Below, in pieces: positions 1 through 10,137 of a DNA stretch of 64,000 nucleotides. This DNA comes from an uncultured bacterium (lineage in GTDB: Bacteria; Margulisbacteria; WOR-1; CAVSGV01), in contig CAVYHE010000007.1 in the NCBI GenBank assembly GCA_963768305.1, forward strand, positions 64,001-128,000, given 5' to 3'. Position numbers and translations under genes: made by a program. The stretch's first letter is position 1. Every line of letters begins with the position of its first letter. The notes beneath the pieces are model-generated. The model was given only the letters and a program-made list of their open reading frames with translations, ran no database searches and was not told where the DNA came from.

Positions 1-471
1 TAATATCCATTTACCCGCTGGAACTCACGTGAGTGCGGCTTCTTTTAACTTTATTCTGGCTCTGATCGTCGTCATTGCTATTGTTTACAACGTTTTCCTG
101 GCGGGGAGCGGGACAAATACAAGAATGAACTTGTATCCAAGCAGGCTATCATGTCGGACGTGAACGCCTTAAATGAAAAAAGGGCGATCCTTCAGCAGAT
201 AATCAAAGAGCAAACCCATCTGCGGGAGACCCTTTCTCAAATAACCCGAGTACTTCCGGCAGGCGTCACTTTCACGCATTTATCCTATGATAATTCAAAA
301 CGCCAGATCACGCTTGCGGGTGAAGCCGGGAACGCGAGAATAGTCGGCATTTTCCTGAAAAGCCTTCAGGATTCCCCGGATTTCCAGAATGTAGTGCTGT
401 CACAGGTGCGCAAAGCGACCGAAAATAAAACTGAAAAAGCGGTCTTTCAGATAACCTTTAATCTTACCTGA
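1..471 (+). CDS. pilN: PilN-like type IV pilus/T2SS assembly protein (5'-partial, apparent frameshift near 103)
   Basis: TM segment FILALIVVIAIVYNVFL in frame 2 switches at a G-run to ORF 151..471 with a PilN-like pattern (LPAGVTFTHLS...ITLAGEA...FLKSLQDSPDFQNVVL); upstream of pilO and secretin. Confidence 0.7.
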
Positions 472-484
472 TAGAGGGGAAAAA

Positions 485-1315
485 ATGGAAGAGTTCATAT
501 CTAAATGGCGTGATGAGATCGTGGCTATCGCGGTAATGCTTGTTCTGCTTTATGGAATGAACCATTATTTGTATGCGCCTAAATATAAGGAAATAAACGA
601 CCTTAAAGCTTCCTTGAAATCGGTAGATGACGAGATAAGCAGGGTCACCGAGGGGCCTCTACCCGTAAAGGACCTTAATGTGGTCAAGGCAATGATAAAG
701 AGCGAACTGGCAGATCTCTCGGCAAAGGTCCCGTCGGAAGGCGAAACTCCGTATCTTATCAATAACTTCATATCCGTTGTCGGAAAAGGATTGAACATAG
801 ACTATAATCTGATCCAGCCTTCGGACCTTGTGCAGGAACAAAAATATAAAAGGCTGCCCCTGCATGTCGAATTCACGGGTACTTACGCGGACACCAATTC
901 CTATCTGGCCCAGCTAAAACTGCTGCCGGTCACGATAAGAGTGGATTCCATGGATATGAATAAAATTGTCAACCAGAATGTGCTGAATGTAAGCATGTCG
1001 CTTTCGGAATTTGTCCTGCCCGGACCGTCATCGAAGCCACCCGGAGAAGAAAAAGGATATTCATCAATGGCGGACCCATTTTATACCGAAACAGGCAATG
1101 AAGAATTGGCTCCCGCCGCAACGGCGCCGAAAGGTGTCAAACAGCTGAAATATCTGGGTTATGTAAAAGGATTGGTCGAAAGGGCCATAATAAATGACGA
1201 GGTCCTAAAGACCGGGGACAGGATACTTGGCTATAAACTGTTGAAAATACGCAGAGATAATGTTAGCCTTGTCAAGAATGGCACGCATTATGATATTCCG
1301 ATCGGAAAAAAATAA
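485..1315 (+). CDS. pilO: PilO-like protein with C-terminal PilP/GspC-like extension
   Basis: N-terminal TM, coiled coil, PilO-like LPLHVEFTGTY...LPVTIRV; operon context. Confidence 0.75.
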   Translation: MEEFISKWRDEIVAIAVMLVLLYGMNHYLYAPKYKEINDLKASLKSVDDEISRVTEGPLPVKDLNVVKAMIKSELADLSAKVPSEGETPYLINNFISVVGKGLNIDYNLIQPSDLVQEQKYKRLPLHVEFTGTYADTNSYLAQLKLLPVTIRVDSMDMNKIVNQNVLNVSMSLSEFVLPGPSSKPPGEEKGYSSMADPFYTETGNEELAPAATAPKGVKQLKYLGYVKGLVERAIINDEVLKTGDRILGYKLLKIRRDNVSLVKNGTHYDIPIGKK

Positions 1316-3187
1316 ATGAGATACATTATTTGTTTCTTTTTGATCTCAATATTATCTTTTGGCGGCTTCTCCGCACCAAAAAATATCCAGCCGGCATCTT
1401 CCGAAATATCATCTCCTGCCCCCCTACCAGCATCTGCCTCTGCTGAACCGGCATCCACCATAAAACAGAAAAAAATCGAAGAGCACTTTGAAACGGGCTA
1501 TTCCCTTTTAAATAAGGGAAGCTACAAAAAAGCGCTGGCGAAATTCGTTGAAGTACTTTCATCCGAGCCTGATAGATCTGATAAGCTGAAAGCGCGATGC
1601 TGGATGGCTAAAACATATTATAGGATGGATCACTATAAATATGCGATAGATCAGTGTAATGCGGCTTTATTGATAAAACCAGGCGACAAGTTTTCGCTGT
1701 ATTTAAGGTCGCTTGCCTGGAAAAAGTCGCTTGCCTGGAAAAAGTTCATAGCAAAAAGATCCACTCCGCAGCCAAAAGCGATCTCCAATGAAACATTGGC
1801 TGAAAATGAGCAAGAAATAACGGGATCCCCTTCTTCTCAAGAGGCAACAAACGCTTTAAGCTTAAGCACGGAAGAAGCCGCGACCTCACAGAAACTGCCT
1901 GTGATCAAAGCGAAAAATAAGGAACCTCAGCATCTGATCTCCTTGGACCTCCGCAACGTGGACATAAGTTCGGTGCTCCAGGTCTTTTCAAAGGAAACGG
2001 GCATCAGTGTCATCGCCGGCAATGACGTTTACGGAAAAGTTTCGGTGCTTTTGAACAATGTGACGCCGGACGACGCGCTGGACATCATCTTAAAATCGAA
2101 CGGCTACACATACATTAGGGAGGGCGACCTTGTGCAGGTCTTTTCCTCCACGGAACCGGTCAGGGTAGAAGAGCTTCCGGACGGTACTTTTGTCAGGACA
2201 TTCGTCATCAATTACGTGGACCCTGATGAGCTTTTGTCAACTTTGACCAAGCTTATGCCGGATGGGACGAACATTTACACTACCAAAGGGAACAAGACCA
2301 TCATTATCAAAGGCACGGCTGATGACCTGAAGAGGGCCGAGATATTGATAAGGAACTTGGACATTCCGCCGAGGCAGGTGATGGTGGAATCAAGGATCAT
2401 TGAGGTCGGGCTGGATGAAACAGGAGCTTTGGCAACATCCCATCAATGGACCAACCCGAACAACGCCCTTGAGTCAGCCGCGTCTTACACGGGGACGAAG
2501 ACTGTCCCCGACCTTTCAACATTGACGTCTTCAAATACAACACCGACCATTCCCGCTCCCACTCCGGGGCTTTATTATCAGATCACGAACCAGAACATCA
2601 CCTCCTACGTGAATGCCCTTGCTTCCCACACCAACGTGACCGAACTTTCAAGTCCAAGGGTCATGGCGGTGGACGGAAAAGAGGCGACAATAATCACCGG
2701 CGGACAGCTAGGCTATAACGCGCAAACCACGACATCGAGCAGCGGGACCACGACATCGGTTGCATTCATGGACTACGGAACTAAGCTGACCATAACGCCA
2801 AGCATTAAAAGCGACGGCCTCATAGCTATGGACATTCATCCGGAGATCAGCCTCGCCAATATAAACCAAGGATTGCCGGTTAAGACCACTACCGAAACGA
2901 CGACGCATTTGATCGTTAAGGACGGACAAACCATCATTATCGGAGGATTAATAACGAACTCATCGGACAGAACGGTGTCCGGCGTGCCTTTCCTTATGGA
3001 TATCCCGGTTGTCGGCCTCCTTTTCAAGGGTACGAGCATCACTAATTCCAAAAAGGAAATCATTGTTCTAATAACCCCCCATATCATGAACCAAAAATAT
3101 TTAACTGAAATGGAATCATCCGGCGCCGATCTTGAACAGAGAAGGAAAGATAACTCATCCGTAATGCCGATGGACTTAATCAGGTAA
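1316..3187 (+). CDS. pilQ: Secretin (PilQ/GspD family) with N-terminal TPR region
   Basis: Signal peptide, STN-like ISLDLRNVDISSVLQ, LDIPPRQVMVESRIIEV, secretin C-terminal VPFLMDIPVVGLLFK...EIIVLITPHI. Confidence 0.9.
   Translation: MRYIICFFLISILSFGGFSAPKNIQPASSEISSPAPLPASASAEPASTIKQKKIEEHFETGYSLLNKGSYKKALAKFVEVLSSEPDRSDKLKARCWMAKTYYRMDHYKYAIDQCNAALLIKPGDKFSLYLRSLAWKKSLAWKKFIAKRSTPQPKAISNETLAENEQEITGSPSSQEATNALSLSTEEAATSQKLPVIKAKNKEPQHLISLDLRNVDISSVLQVFSKETGISVIAGNDVYGKVSVLLNNVTPDDALDIILKSNGYTYIREGDLVQVFSSTEPVRVEELPDGTFVRTFVINYVDPDELLSTLTKLMPDGTNIYTTKGNKTIIIKGTADDLKRAEILIRNLDIPPRQVMVESRIIEVGLDETGALATSHQWTNPNNALESAASYTGTKTVPDLSTLTSSNTTPTIPAPTPGLYYQITNQNITSYVNALASHTNVTELSSPRVMAVDGKEATIITGGQLGYNAQTTTSSSGTTTSVAFMDYGTKLTITPSIKSDGLIAMDIHPEISLANINQGLPVKTTTETTTHLIVKDGQTIIIGGLITNSSDRTVSGVPFLMDIPVVGLLFKGTSITNSKKEIIVLITPHIMNQKYLTEMESSGADLEQRRKDNSSVMPMDLIR
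1708..1745 (+). repeat. 18-bp in-frame tandem duplication (SLAWKK x2)
   Basis: GTCGCTTGCCTGGAAAAA occurs twice back to back. Confidence 0.9.
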
Positions 3188-3880
3188 TTTTGGTATCGAA
3201 TCAAGAAGAATTCTTGTGTAAGCGTCCTTTGGACCCTTGTATATTTCCTCGACAGCCCCGGTTTCAATTATCTTTCCGCTTTTCATCACCGCTATCCTGT
3301 CGCACATGAATCGGACAACTGACAGATCATGGGCGATGAGCATATAGGTCAATCCGAACTGAATTTTCAATTTCTTAAGGAGTTTCAATATTTCCAGCTG
3401 CACGGTCATATCCAGCGATGAAACAGGCTCGTCAAGGACGAGGAATTTGGGCCTTATGCTCAAAGCGCGGGCGATGCAAACCCTTTGCCGCTGCCCACCG
3501 GAGAGCTCGTGAGGATATCGGTCCGCGAAAGCGGGGTCAAGCTCGACCTCTTTCAGTATCTCGCCTGTATCCCTTGAGATGCCATGAATTGAAAGCGCCT
3601 CCTGGACCGCCTCGCCTATCTTCACGCGCGGGTTAAGGGATGTGTACGGATTCTGGAAAACGATCTGGAAATTTTTCCTTGAAAATCCGCCTGAGTATTC
3701 CACCTTACCTTTTGATGCGGATATCAATTTAAGGATTATCCTCGCGAGGGTCGTTTTTCCCGAGCCCGATTCCCCGACGACCCCGAAAGATCCCCCTTCA
3801 TTTACCGAGAAGCTGACATCATCCAGCGCCATGGCCCTGCCGAAATTCTTGCTGACCTTATCTACTTCAATTATGCCCAA
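3176..3880 (-). CDS. oppF: Oligopeptide/nickel ABC transporter ATP-binding protein (OppF-like)
   Basis: Walker A GESGSGKT, YPHELSGGQRQR, LDEPVSSLD. Confidence 0.9.
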   Translation of the reverse strand: MGIIEVDKVSKNFGRAMALDDVSFSVNEGGSFGVVGESGSGKTTLARIILKLISASKGKVEYSGGFSRKNFQIVFQNPYTSLNPRVKIGEAVQEALSIHGISRDTGEILKEVELDPAFADRYPHELSGGQRQRVCIARALSIRPKFLVLDEPVSSLDMTVQLEILKLLKKLKIQFGLTYMLIAHDLSVVRFMCDRIAVMKSGKIIETGAVEEIYKGPKDAYTRILLDSIPKLPD

Positions 3881-4667
3881 CGCTCATCTCCTTGTATGAA
3901 TTAACTAATTTTGACGTGTATGCGTTCTTTGGAGCTTTCACGATATCAGAAGAGCTGCCGCTCTCCACAATGCGGCCGTTCTGCATGACGTATATCCTGC
4001 CGCAGAAGGAAGAAACAAGTCCGATATTGTGTGAAATGAAAAGGATGGTCGTTTTTAATTCTTTCAACAGTTCGAGGATGCTTTTTTGGGTCGTAACGTC
4101 AAGCGCGGTGGTCGGCTCATCGGCAATAATGAGGTCGGGAGAAAGCGCGCAGGCCACCGCCACGGCAACTCTTTGTTTCATTCCCCCGCTGAACTGATGG
4201 GGATAATCATTCGCCCGTTTTTCCGGATCATCAATGTGGACTTTTTTCAGCATGTCCACGGCCATATCCCATGCTTCTTTTTTGGAATAATCCTGGTGTA
4301 TCCTGTAAACCTCTGCTATCTGCTCCCCGATCTTCATGACCGGATTAAGGGAAGAGAAAGGGTCCTGAAAGACCATTGATATGTCCCCTCCCCTGATCTC
4401 TCGCATCGCCGAAGGAGAAAGTTTCATGATGTCGCCGCCCTTCCATATTATCTCGCCCGATATTTTTCCTGGCTGGTCGATCAATCTGAGGATGGCCAGC
4501 GCAAGCGACGATTTGCCGCAGCCGGATTCTCCTACCAGCCCGACCATTTCGCCTTTTTGTACGAAAAGGTCCGCGTCTTCCACGGCTTTCGTGATAATTC
4601 CTCTATTAAAATAACTGACGGAAAGTTTTCTGATATCCATCAGTTTGTCTTCGGTATAATCGTTCAT
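3867..4667 (-). CDS. oppD: Oligopeptide/nickel ABC transporter ATP-binding protein (OppD-like)
   Basis: GESGCGKS, YPHQFSGGMKQR, ADEPTTALD. Confidence 0.9.
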   Translation of the reverse strand: MNDYTEDKLMDIRKLSVSYFNRGIITKAVEDADLFVQKGEMVGLVGESGCGKSSLALAILRLIDQPGKISGEIIWKGGDIMKLSPSAMREIRGGDISMVFQDPFSSLNPVMKIGEQIAEVYRIHQDYSKKEAWDMAVDMLKKVHIDDPEKRANDYPHQFSGGMKQRVAVAVACALSPDLIIADEPTTALDVTTQKSILELLKELKTTILFISHNIGLVSSFCGRIYVMQNGRIVESGSSSDIVKAPKNAYTSKLVNSYKEMSVGHN

Positions 4668-5467
4668 TCTCTTGGATTAAGCCCCTCTCTCAAGCCTTCC
4701 CCGACAAAATAAAGCGAAAGCACGGCGATGATTATCACTAATCCCGGGATAACCGCCATCCAGGGGGCATCAAGCAAATAAGACTGCGAATCCATGAGCA
4801 TATTGCCCCAGCTGGGCATGGGCGGCTGGACACCAAGCCCCAGGAAACTTAGCGCGGATTCGGTAAGTATGGCCCCGGCCATGCCTAGAGTTCCCGCGAC
4901 GATCACAGGCGGCAAGGCATTTGGAAGGATATGCCTGAAAATGATCCTGATATCGCTGCAGCCGATAGCTCTTGCCGCTTCTACAAAGTCGCGCTCTTTC
5001 AACGCAAGGAATTCCCCCCTGACGAGCCGGGCTATACCCATCCACGATGTCGCTCCGATCACTATCATTACATTGAATATGCTCGGAGTTAACACCGATT
5101 GAACGGCTAATATCAAAAAGATCGTCGGAAAAGAAAGCATTATGTCAGTGAACCGCATTATGACCTCATCAAGGAACCCGCCGTAATAGCCGGACAAACA
5201 CCCGAGCGTCACGCCGACGGTCAAAGAAACCGATACGGCAATCACCGCAACAGAAAGAGATATCCTGCCGCCGTACAGGAGCCGGCTGAAAATATCCCGG
5301 CCGAGGTCATCGGTACCGAAAATATGCCTGGCCGACGGAGCAGCTATGTGATCTTCCAATATCCTGTTCGGATCATAGGGCGCGATTATGGGAGCAAAAA
5401 CGGACATTAAAAATAATGCGGACAATATTATCAATCCGAACAACGCGAGCTTATTTTTTTTCAGCAT
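4664..5467 (-). CDS. oppC: Oligopeptide ABC transporter permease (OppC-like)
   Basis: HIFGTDDLGRD, EAA loop FVEAARAIG, HILPN. Confidence 0.9.
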   Translation of the reverse strand: MLKKNKLALFGLIILSALFLMSVFAPIIAPYDPNRILEDHIAAPSARHIFGTDDLGRDIFSRLLYGGRISLSVAVIAVSVSLTVGVTLGCLSGYYGGFLDEVIMRFTDIMLSFPTIFLILAVQSVLTPSIFNVMIVIGATSWMGIARLVRGEFLALKERDFVEAARAIGCSDIRIIFRHILPNALPPVIVAGTLGMAGAILTESALSFLGLGVQPPMPSWGNMLMDSQSYLLDAPWMAVIPGLVIIIAVLSLYFVGEGLREGLNPRE

Positions 5468-6365
5468 ATCGTATCCTCGGATCCACCAGTGAGTAGCCTA
5501 TATCGGCCAAGAGATTGCACAGGATTATCAGAACGGCCGTGAACATCGTTATCCCCATTATGAGCGGATAGTTGCGCGAGAATACGGCTGATACTCCAAG
5601 CCGTCCCATCCCCGGCCATGCGAATATGGTCTCGATGATGAACGCTCCGCCGAAAAGATCGGGCAGTGAAAGTCCTAGCAGGGTAACGATCGGGATCAAT
5701 GCGTTCCTTAATGCATGCTTGAATATTACAACATTCTCCGGAAGCCCTTTAGCCCTGGCGACCTTGATATATTCCTGGCCCAGCACTTCAAGCATGCTCG
5801 CCCTCTGATACCTTGTGATCCCGGCAAGGCCGGAGATCGTCATGACAGCCGCTGGAAGGATAATGTTGCCGAAAGGCGGGACCCATTCCAGCTTCAGGGA
5901 AAATACAAGCATGAAGATCAGCGCCAGCCAGAACGTGGGGATCGACATGAAAAGAAAAGAAAGCACCGTAAAAGAATTATCAAAAAGAGAGCCTTTCCTG
6001 ACCGCCGAGATCACTCCGGCAGGAATCGATATCAGGAGGATCAATATGTATGAAATGCTCATTAACAAGAGGGTCATGGGAAGGCGCTCAAATATTTCAG
6101 CTGTCACCGGCTTCCCGGAAATATACGAATATCCGAAATTTAACATGGCGGCGTTCTTGAGCCACATTATATACTGCGTCGCTATCGGCTTATCCAGCCC
6201 CCAGTTCGCGCGGATCCTTGCCAGCTCCGCGGGTTTGATGTTCGGGTCGGTAAAAAGTGCGGTTGGATCCCCCGGCGCCATGTGCATCACAAAGAAAGTG
6301 ATAAGTGATATCCCTATCAATAATGGGATTAACTGCAGTAATCGCCTGATGATAAATTTATTCAT
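5451..6365 (-). CDS. oppB: Oligopeptide ABC transporter permease (OppB-like)
   Basis: APGDP, ARAKGL...KHALRNA, ETIFAWPGMG. Confidence 0.9.
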   Translation of the reverse strand: MNKFIIRRLLQLIPLLIGISLITFFVMHMAPGDPTALFTDPNIKPAELARIRANWGLDKPIATQYIMWLKNAAMLNFGYSYISGKPVTAEIFERLPMTLLLMSISYILILLISIPAGVISAVRKGSLFDNSFTVLSFLFMSIPTFWLALIFMLVFSLKLEWVPPFGNIILPAAVMTISGLAGITRYQRASMLEVLGQEYIKVARAKGLPENVVIFKHALRNALIPIVTLLGLSLPDLFGGAFIIETIFAWPGMGRLGVSAVFSRNYPLIMGITMFTAVLIILCNLLADIGYSLVDPRIRYAEKK

Positions 6366-6368
6366 TGA

Positions 6369-7896
6369 TCACTTTTTCTTGATATATACTTTCTCGATAT
6401 CCAGGAACAATCCCGCCGGTCCCGGCTCCGAAAGTCCTCCAACCCTGTCCCTAACGCCCGAAAGGACTTTCGGATACCAGAGGAAAATATACGGGGCATC
6501 ATTTGTTATCTCCTTGTACATTTTGGCGTAGATCTTCTTTCTTCCTTCCCTGGACTGCTCTTTCCTTCCGGCATCCAACAGCCTGTCTACCTCCGGATTG
6601 TTGTAGCCGATGAAGTTAAGTCCCTTAGGATACTGGCTCGAATGCCATATTGAATATGAATCGGGGTCCACACCCGTCGCCCAACCGATAATGACAGCAT
6701 CAAAATCTTTCGGGTCCTGTTTTGTGTTGATGATCTTAAGGAGAGCGCTCCATTCGAGGACTTTAATGTTCATTTTCACGCCCACGCGCTCGAACTGCTG
6801 TTGCAGTATCGTGGCCGCTTTTTCCCTTTCCTTGCTCCCATGATTTATCAGGACGGTGAATTCCAAATCCTTCACTCCCGCCTGCCTCAAAAGTGCCCTT
6901 GCTTTCTTCGGATCATATTCATATTTCTGCACTTCATCGCTGTAAGCCCATGAGATGGGAGCGCTGGGGGAATATGCCGGCAATGCCTGGCCTAAAAATA
7001 TGAGCCCTATCAGCTGTTTCCTGTTAACCGCACAGGCCAGGGCTTTCCTCACCCTGACATCCTCGAATTTCGGCGACCTTAAATTGAATCCAAGATATGT
7101 GTAAACAAGGTCGTCATATTTATAAAGGTTGACGTGCTTCATCGGGTGGAAATCCTTCGGCGGAATTCCGGCTTCATCGATATCCCCAGATCTGAGCGCG
7201 ACAAGGGAAGTGTTCTCGTCGGGGATGATCTTGAACAATATTTCGGCAAGTTTTGGAACGCCGCCGTAATAATTGGGGTTCCTTTTTACCAGGACATGGT
7301 CGCCTGCTTTGTATTCCACAAAAATAAAAGGCCCGGTCCCGACCGGATGCCTGTTAAAATCGGACATATCCAGAACTTTCCCTTCAAGCAAATGCTTCGG
7401 AAGTATTCCCATTGAAGCATTGGAAAGGAACGGCGAGAAAGGCTTTGGCAAAACCGCTTTAAATGTGTATTTGTCGACGACGAAGAATTTGATCGGCTTC
7501 CCGTCGATGATATAGTCCCCGCGCCTTACGGAATTGACCTTCGGGTTAAGGATGGTATCAAAAGTGAATTTGACGTCCTCTGCAGTAAAAGGCTCTCCAT
7601 CATGCCATTTCACATCTTTTCTCAGATGAAAGGTCCATATAAGGCCGCTTCTAGATACTCTCCATGATCTTGCAAGGTCAGGAATGAAGTTAAGTTTCTT
7701 ATCCACCTTAACAAGGCCTGTAAAAATAACACCTTCAATAGCAGATGATGTTGAATCGCTGGAAAGTATCGGATTCACTACCGATACCTCACCGCCCAAT
7801 GACATTACTAGGCGGCCTTTCGGATCAAAGTCAGCGGCAAAGGAGAAATTAACAAGAAATAATAAGGAATAAAAGGGCTGTTGATATATATTTCAC
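6369..7896 (-). CDS. oppA: Peptide ABC transporter substrate-binding protein, family 5 (apparent frameshift in signal peptide near 7855-7865)
   Basis: PDLARSW, WHDGEPFTAEDVKFT, PVGTGPF; GTG at 7896 gives MKYISTALLFLI, which joins the frame of ORF 6369..7805. Confidence 0.85.
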
Positions 7897-7968
7897 ATGA
7901 TAATTATAGCTGAAAAAGCAGGCATGCGCTATGCAAGGCTAAAAGCCTTGCCCACGTCTTTTCCCGCT

Positions 7969-8376
7969 TTACATATTACTTAATTCCAGAATTTCTGAAT
8001 ATCCGTTTCTCTTATATCCAATTAACTTGTATGCCGAAGTCTGATCGTCATAGACATATATTATCTTTCCGGCCGTGTCGGATTCCGTATATTCTTTTCC
8101 CGTGAAAGGATTCTTCGGAATAGTGGTGACATAACCGCCCTGGCTAAGATATTCGTCGATCAATTCCTTCAATGATATGTTATTCCCCATCGGATATGCT
8201 TCGTTCTCCATATTATATGCCTCTATCGCCATCTGGATCGAGTGCATGACCGCCTTGACCCCTGCTTCTCGCGCCCTGTCCTGAACGCCCACGAAGTTCG
8301 GCATCATGAACGCGGCAATGATGCTGATGATTGCTATGACCACAAGCAGTTCAATTAGAGTAAAAGCTTTGCTCAT
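7969..8376 (-). CDS. Type IV pilin/GspG-like pseudopilin
   Basis: Class III signal peptide MSKA|FTLIELLVVIAII. Confidence 0.9.
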   Translation of the reverse strand: MSKAFTLIELLVVIAIISIIAAFMMPNFVGVQDRAREAGVKAVMHSIQMAIEAYNMENEAYPMGNNISLKELIDEYLSQGGYVTTIPKNPFTGKEYTESDTAGKIIYVYDDQTSAYKLIGYKRNGYSEILELSNM

Positions 8377-8391
8377 AAAAACCCCCTTAAT

Positions 8392-9389
8392 TTAACTTCC
8401 TAATGCATTAATTAATTTGATTATCGGCATGAACATTGCGAAAACGATCAATCCCACGACGAGACCGGTTGCCAAAGTTGAAACCGGTTCCACTAAACTG
8501 GTAAATGTTTTCATGTCATTTTCGATCTCTTCGGAGTGCATTTCCGCCAGCTCGCCAAAGACCCGGTCAAGAGATGAAGAATGCTGCCCTGCTGATATCA
8601 GCGAAATGTCCGTGTCATCGAACAGGCCCGTTGTCTGCAGGCTGTCGCTCAGGCCGTTCCCATCATAAACGAGCTTTATGCATTCTTCAAGCTTTTCCTT
8701 GTACATTGGGCTGTTCACAAGGCCGGCTGAAAGCATAAGTGAATCCATTATGCTCATTCCCGACGATAATGCTTCGCCCATTGAACCGAAAAATGAGGCC
8801 GCGATCATCTTTGACCGCATCCTGCCGATGATAGGGAACCGGAATCCCCTATCGCTCATAACATATCTGAATGCGAAGTATGCAAGCGTTGCAATGATGA
8901 TCATGAACAAAGGAAGAAATCTGCCGGAATCGAGAATGAACCTGCTTATTAACGGCAGCTCTATGCCGATGGAACGGAATATCCCGGCAAATGAAGGCAG
9001 CAGGACAGAAACCAATATGAACAGCGAGATAAAACAAAGGGTGAGGACAAAAGCCGGATAAACAAGCGCCCCAGCGATCTTTTTTTGAAGCTTTCGTTCT
9101 TTTCCATATACTGGCACGATTTCTTCAATCCCATGTATAGCGCGCCGCTTCTTTCCGATACGGAAATAATGCCAATTACCGAAGAAGGAAAAATAACGGG
9201 ATCAAGTGCGGCAGAGAAAGACCCGCCGGATTTGACCTTTTCTGCGATCATTTTGAAATGATCAGTTATGGCGGCTGCATCAAGCGCGGCGGATAATGTC
9301 ATGCCTGCTCCTGTCAAAAGTGCGAGTTTCTTGAGGAAGCCGACCTTTTCCTTATTGCTTATCTTAGATCTTAAAAAAAGTCTTAGCAT
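8392..9389 (-). CDS. pilC: PilC/GspF inner-membrane platform protein (frameshift at T-run near 9083)
   Basis: Two overlapping ORFs give the two GspF repeats (ERSGAL...IAGALVYP; LVEPV...AMFMPI). Confidence 0.8.
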
Positions 9390-10125
9390 TTTCTGTCGTG
9401 ATCCTTCCGGTCTCATCGACGGTCAAACCTTTTATCTTTGCGAGGATCTCAGCGACATATTTCACATAAGACGGCTCGTTTCTTTTGCCGCGATACGGCT
9501 CCGGTGTGAGATACGGGCAGTCCGTTTCGATCAATATCCTGTCGATCGGAGCTATTCTCGCAATATCGATGATATTCTTTGCCTTCTTGAAAGTTACCAT
9601 CCCATTGATGGAAACATAAAATCCGTTGTCCAGTATCCACTTCAGTTCGTCAAGCGTCCCGCCGAAGCTGTGAAAGACCCCTTTCACCTCGCCTTTGCCC
9701 TCCGAATGGATTATGTCGACCATGTCGGGATATGACTCCCTGCCATGGAAGATCACGGGTTTTTTCTCATCGCGCGCGGTCCACAGCAATTTTGAGAACA
9801 TCCGTTTTTGTTCGTTCGGAGTGGACAGGTTATAATGATAATCGAGGCCAATCTCGCCAAGCGCAACAACTCGAGGTTTTTTAAGAAGATCGGTGATGGT
9901 CTTATAGCAAGTTTCATCAAAAGACTTGGCATCATGGGGATGGATGCCAACTGCAGTATAAATGAAATCGCTGTCAGCTGATAAAAGTGTCGATTTTTCC
10001 GACGATGGGATGTCGAAACCGACATCAATAATGAATTCGAGGCCGGCGGATTTGGCTCGGCTCAAAACCTCGTCAATGTCTTGATATTCGGGCATTGTAA
10101 GATGCGCATGCGTGTCTGTAAGCAT
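9364..10125 (-). CDS. tatD: TatD family DNase
   Basis: DTHAHL, GIHPH, GEIGLDY, ETDCPYL. Confidence 0.95.
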   Translation of the reverse strand: MLTDTHAHLTMPEYQDIDEVLSRAKSAGLEFIIDVGFDIPSSEKSTLLSADSDFIYTAVGIHPHDAKSFDETCYKTITDLLKKPRVVALGEIGLDYHYNLSTPNEQKRMFSKLLWTARDEKKPVIFHGRESYPDMVDIIHSEGKGEVKGVFHSFGGTLDELKWILDNGFYVSINGMVTFKKAKNIIDIARIAPIDRILIETDCPYLTPEPYRGKRNEPSYVKYVAEILAKIKGLTVDETGRITTENAKTFFKI

Positions 10126-10137
10126 AATTTTACTGTT

